A DNA stretch of 64,000 bases from Octopus bimaculoides (Eukaryota), in NCBI RefSeq assembly GCF_001194135.2, contig NC_068993.1, positions 44,326,279-44,390,278 on the forward strand, read 5' to 3'. This document shows, piece after piece, positions 59,695 to 64,000 of the stretch. Below the pieces are notes generated by a model, which searched no databases, had not been told where the DNA came from, and saw nothing but the letters and a program-made list of their open reading frames with translations. How positions within the stretch are numbered: position 1 is the first letter of the stretch; each line of letters opens with the position of its first letter. The translations under genes and the position numbers were made by a program.

Positions 59695-60054
59695 GATGGA
59701 GAATATATTTTGTTTACTTTCCATACTATTAGCACCAAGTTTTAAAATACATTACCAAGTGTGGCCATGTGGTAAGAAGTTTGCTTCCCAATCACATGGT
59801 TCTGGGTTCAGTCCCACTGCATGGTACCTTGGGGAAGTGTCTTCTGCTATAATTTCAGGCTGACCAAAGCCTTGTGAGTGGATTTGGTAGATGGAAACTG
59901 AAAGAATCCTGTTTCTGTGTGTGTGTATATCTATACATATAAATTTGACATAGGTGATTCTTTCTTGTCTTGGGATTCACGGTCAAATGGCTGGGTGGAA
60001 TTGCATGAAAAATTACACAGATGTGTAGAATGATCCGGTGGTGTTGCTGGACTT

Positions 60055-60230
60055 TATATTTTTTTCATAGTTCCCATGGTTACCGAGATAATCTACTATA
60101 ATAATACTTTTGTGTTTATGAATAAGGATGGAAGGGGTGATGTCATATTTTTTACATAGCTCCCATGGTTACCAAGATAATCTAATATAATAATACTTTT
60201 GTGTTTATGAATGAGAAAGGAAGGGGTGAT
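60055..60230 (+). repeat. ~88-bp tandem duplication
   Basis: catag.tcccatggttacc.agataatcta.tataataatacttttgtgtttatgaat..gaaggggtgat twice. Confidence 0.8.
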
Positions 60231-60239
60231 AAATGAACA

Positions 60240-61150
60240 AGGAAGGAGTTAGGAGGATTTCGTATCACTAATGAGAAGATGATGATATCAAAATTCGTAA
60301 CTTACACTAAAAGTTTATCATGCAGAAGTGTAAGGGGTCTAGAAGAAGCGGATATTGAAGAAATGCTAAACATTAACAATGATGCACCTTGTTGTGCATT
60401 CTTTGAGTGATGGGAAAATTGCTGAAATGGTGTTAGATATGGGTAAGAATAAAGACAGTAGTGATGATGACAGAGAAAACAGGTGAAAAAATTCCTGTAG
60501 AAGATTTGGTGAAAATTTGTGATCAGAGCAACAGATTATGGGAGTTTACTCAATTAAAGAGACATTGCTTAGACAGAAACCTATGCTAATGAGACAGATG
60601 ACACTTGAAGAAGTCTTTAAAAATGCCCTCTCTTGTAATGCTACTTCATCACTTGAGAACCCCGTTCCTGGCCCACCATCGGAGGTTTGCCTGCAAGTTG
60701 ATGATGATGTTGGTAACACTTACAGCTACATATTTAGCCTAGTTTGAACCAATTTATGGCTCTAGCATATGAATAAACTGCAATACCATTTGTAGTCTTT
60801 CTTTATTCAAATTAGTGTGAATACTTATGCATCACTCTGCAGAAATATTATGATAATGTGTGTACCTGTACTTGTGTATTTTAATTTCAAATTATCCCAC
60901 TACATGTATTTTGTTATTTGTGATCTTAATTATCTCACTATTTCATTTACCAGTATATTACTCTACAACTATTTATTTTTCCCAATGATTGTGAGTATGT
61001 ATATATGCGCCTTTGTTACCATAGTAGGATGTCTATTTTAATATCTAGTTTACAATCTGGGGCAGCTGGCTTTTGTTCTGAAATCTGGAAAAATCCGAAA
61101 TTCAGAACACAGCTATCCCCAAGGGTTCTGGATAGAGGATTGTGTACCTA
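60240..61150 (+). mobile_element. pogo/Tigger-family transposon 3' remnant
   Basis: Frameshifted transposase tail NDAP..H.LSDG.IAEMVL and IMGVYSIKETLLRQKPMLMRQMTLEEVFK; Tigger-like terminus aaaatccgaaattcagaacac..cccaagggttctggatagaggattgtgtacct. Confidence 0.75.
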
Positions 61151-62499
61151 TTATTATTAAGGTTGCAAGCTGGCAGAACAGTTAATACATGGGCAAAATG
61201 CTTAGCAGTATTTCATCTGTTTTTACATTCTGAGTTCAAATTCTGCTGAGGTCGCCTTTCCCTTTTAGCCTTTTGGAGTCGATAAAATAAGTACTAGCTG
61301 AGCATTAGGTTTGATGTAATATACTTAACTCTTCCCCCAAAATTGCTGGCCTTGTGCCAAAACTTGAAGCCAATATTTAGTTGACAAACCACTAGGCCAA
61401 TTTGTTGCTTAGCCCAAAGCTAGACTCAGGTCAAGCTTAATTGAGCAAGCCTATAATTAGACATTTTATCCATGACCATCCCATTTTTATAAGAGGTTTT
61501 TAAAATTACATTGTCCAATGTGTTTCATTTTGAAGAGAGTGAGATGTGACTTGATTGCTACTTGTAACAAGTCAACCAACCTCATAAATGTTCCCTTACT
61601 GGCTTCATACCAATGTTTGTTGGGTAGGTATACAGTATGTGTCATTCATTCAACAGTTCACAATCTAAAAGCATTAAAATGAAAGGAATGTAATAAAGCC
61701 TGTAGTTAAATACTTTTGTGTATCTGCCAACTCTACTGACCTGATCATTTGTAAGTAACATATTGATTTTTCTTGAGAAGGGCTGCAGTTATATAGAATT
61801 TATGATGTTTCTGAAGGTCATTACCTATGGAGGTAAAGTGATTTGGTTACAATTGGCAATTGAAACCTAAGTTGTAATGGCAGCTGCTGACAGCTTGTCT
61901 CTATAATGTTCCAATAATAATCTAAATGCAATTCATGTTTACAAGACAATGGAAGACAGATATTCAGACAGTTCCTGGACCACATAGAAACAGACACGTT
62001 AATTTAATTAGCATATTAAAGAAATGAATGAACCAAATAAGATTAGGAAACTGCTATCTGTGAGTTTCTAATGTCAAAATTCAGTTGACTAAAGCAGCCT
62101 ATGATTTTTTTTTTTTTTTGTCTTTTACTTGATTCTGTCATTGGTCTGCAGACAATCAGTTGAACAAATTGTCTTAGTACTTAGGTTTTTATATTTTTTA
62201 AGTCTGGTACCTATTCTGTTAGTCTTTTGTCAAACTGCTAGGTTGTGGGCACGTAAACAAAGCAACACCAGTTATCAAGCTGGTAGGAGTGACAAACACA
62301 GTCACACACACACACACACACACACATGACAGGCTTCCATGAAGTTTTTGTCTGCCAACTTCATTCACTAGGCATTGGTCTGCCTGGAGCTAAAGTAAAA
62401 GACACTTACCCAAGGTGCCATACAGTAGGCTGAACCAAAAATCACATGGTTGCAAAGGAAGCTTCTGAACTACATAGCCATGCCTATGCCTACACCTAA

Positions 62500-62696
62500 T
62501 ACTCTTTTACTTGTTTCAGTCATTTGACTGTGGCCATGCTGGAGCACCGCCTTTAGTCGAGCAAATCGATCCCAGGACTTATTCTTTGTAAGCCTAGTAC
62601 TTATTCTATCAGCCTCTTTTGCCGAACTGATAAGTTATGGGGACGTAAACACACTAGCATCGGTTGTCAAGCGATGTTCGAGGGACAGACACACAA

Positions 62697-62729
<33 letters not shown>

Positions 62730-62893
62730 CATATATACGACGGGCTTCTTTCAGTTTCCGTCTACCAAATCCACTCACAAGGCTTTGGTCGGCCCGAGAC
62801 TATAGTAGAAGACACTTGCCCAAGGTGCCATGCAGTGGGACTGAACCCAGAACTATGTGGTTGGTAAGCAAGCTACTTACCACACAGCCACTC
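62500..62893 (-). mobile_element. SINE family A, full-length young copy
   Basis: Reverse complement of the 10385-10804 sequence at high identity. Confidence 0.9.
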
Positions 62894-63969
62894 ATGAAAA
62901 ATCATTAAAAACTTTTTTTCTGTTTCACTTTTAAAATAGCCTGCTGTCAGATATATGTAAATTTGGTCTTTCAGAGGAAAAAAGAAGACTTTAATGATTT
63001 ATTTGTAAATTTTTAATCTTATTTCCATTAGTGTATTGCTAATTTTTATTGACCTTTTACTCATTTATATGAACTGCAATAAATTATTTAAATTAAACGC
63101 AGAATTAACAAGTTTTCACTTTTCTTCCCCACCTCCCACAAAAATTCCTGCTCGTCTTTCAATTAGTTAATTATTCATAATGTTTGTTGATTTCCCATCT
63201 AACTAAGAAAAATCAACTTTATCTGAACTTGGTCAAAACCTACGAAAAATGTTAACCCATTTAAGAAAATATTTTTGATAGACATTTGAGAGTAGTAACT
63301 CTAAGTATGAACCAATTCAGAGTTTGATGACGCATCTGATACATCCATTTTCCATGTTGACATGAATGATGATGATGATGATGGTGGTGGTGGTGATTGG
63401 GTTTTTAACTCTTTTAATATCATCATCATCATCAGTTTTAACATCCACTTTTCCATGCTTGCATGGATCAGATAATTTACCAAGGCAATTTTTTTACAAC
63501 TGGATGCCCATCTTGTCACTAACCCTCACCATTTTTCCAAGGTAATATTTCCCCATGGTGAGATATGCTTTTGCAGAATACTGGAAATGAATGACACTGC
63601 TTGTATTTCAGTGACACTCATTTACAACTATCATGCAATATCAAGACAAAGAGATACAAACATCCACACACGCATATGCACCATACACAGCGGTGCAGGC
63701 ATGGCTGTGTGGTAAGAAGCCTGCTTCCCAACCACATGGTTTTGGGTTCAGTCCCACTGTTTGACACCTTGGACAAGTGTCTTCTACTATAGCCTCGGGC
63801 CAACCAAAGCCTTGTGAGTGGATTTGGTAGACAGAAACTGAAAAGAAGCCCATCGTATATATGTATATATATATATATACATATATACTAATATAATGAC
63901 ACTTTGTGTATAAAGCTTGAAACGCGTGTACTGTGATATCCTTTATGTTCTGTTTTCAATTTACCTTTA

Positions 63970-64000
<31 letters not shown>

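Noticed and set aside
61920-62005. C..C...GRQIFRQFLDHI, GIY-YIG-like fragment
   Set aside because: Too short and lacks the YIG core; unsupported without a profile search

Overview
AT-rich animal genomic DNA, dense in microsatellites and SINEs, with six assembly gaps. The repeat families look like those of Octopus (inferred from recognised repeat consensus sequences, not searched). The one well-supported gene is a + strand phosphoinositide-specific phospholipase C of the delta-like architecture (EF-hand, X, acidic linker, Y, C2, stop). Thirteen coding exons between 11525 and 57317 have canonical splice sites and consistent phases. One X-box exon (YL..DQL..GCRCVE) is not visible and probably lies in the gap at 18916-19293. 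The PH and early EF-hand exons were not found. A probable 3'UTR exon starts at 59176. Almost all ORFs in the supplied track are artefacts of N-runs, microsatellites or repeats. The most notable observations are: a U12-type minor intron (24412-25774); a 320-bp near-perfect intronic palindrome carrying two mirror-image Penelope-type minimal hammerhead motifs; a stop codon 3 nt before a splice donor whose downstream exon stays open in frame; a 43-nt phased array with co-varying dyads; candidate antisense exons in the 22-kb intron; and an internally deleted Helitron with all landmarks. No prokaryotic-type system, CRISPR array, rRNA or true tRNA gene is supported.
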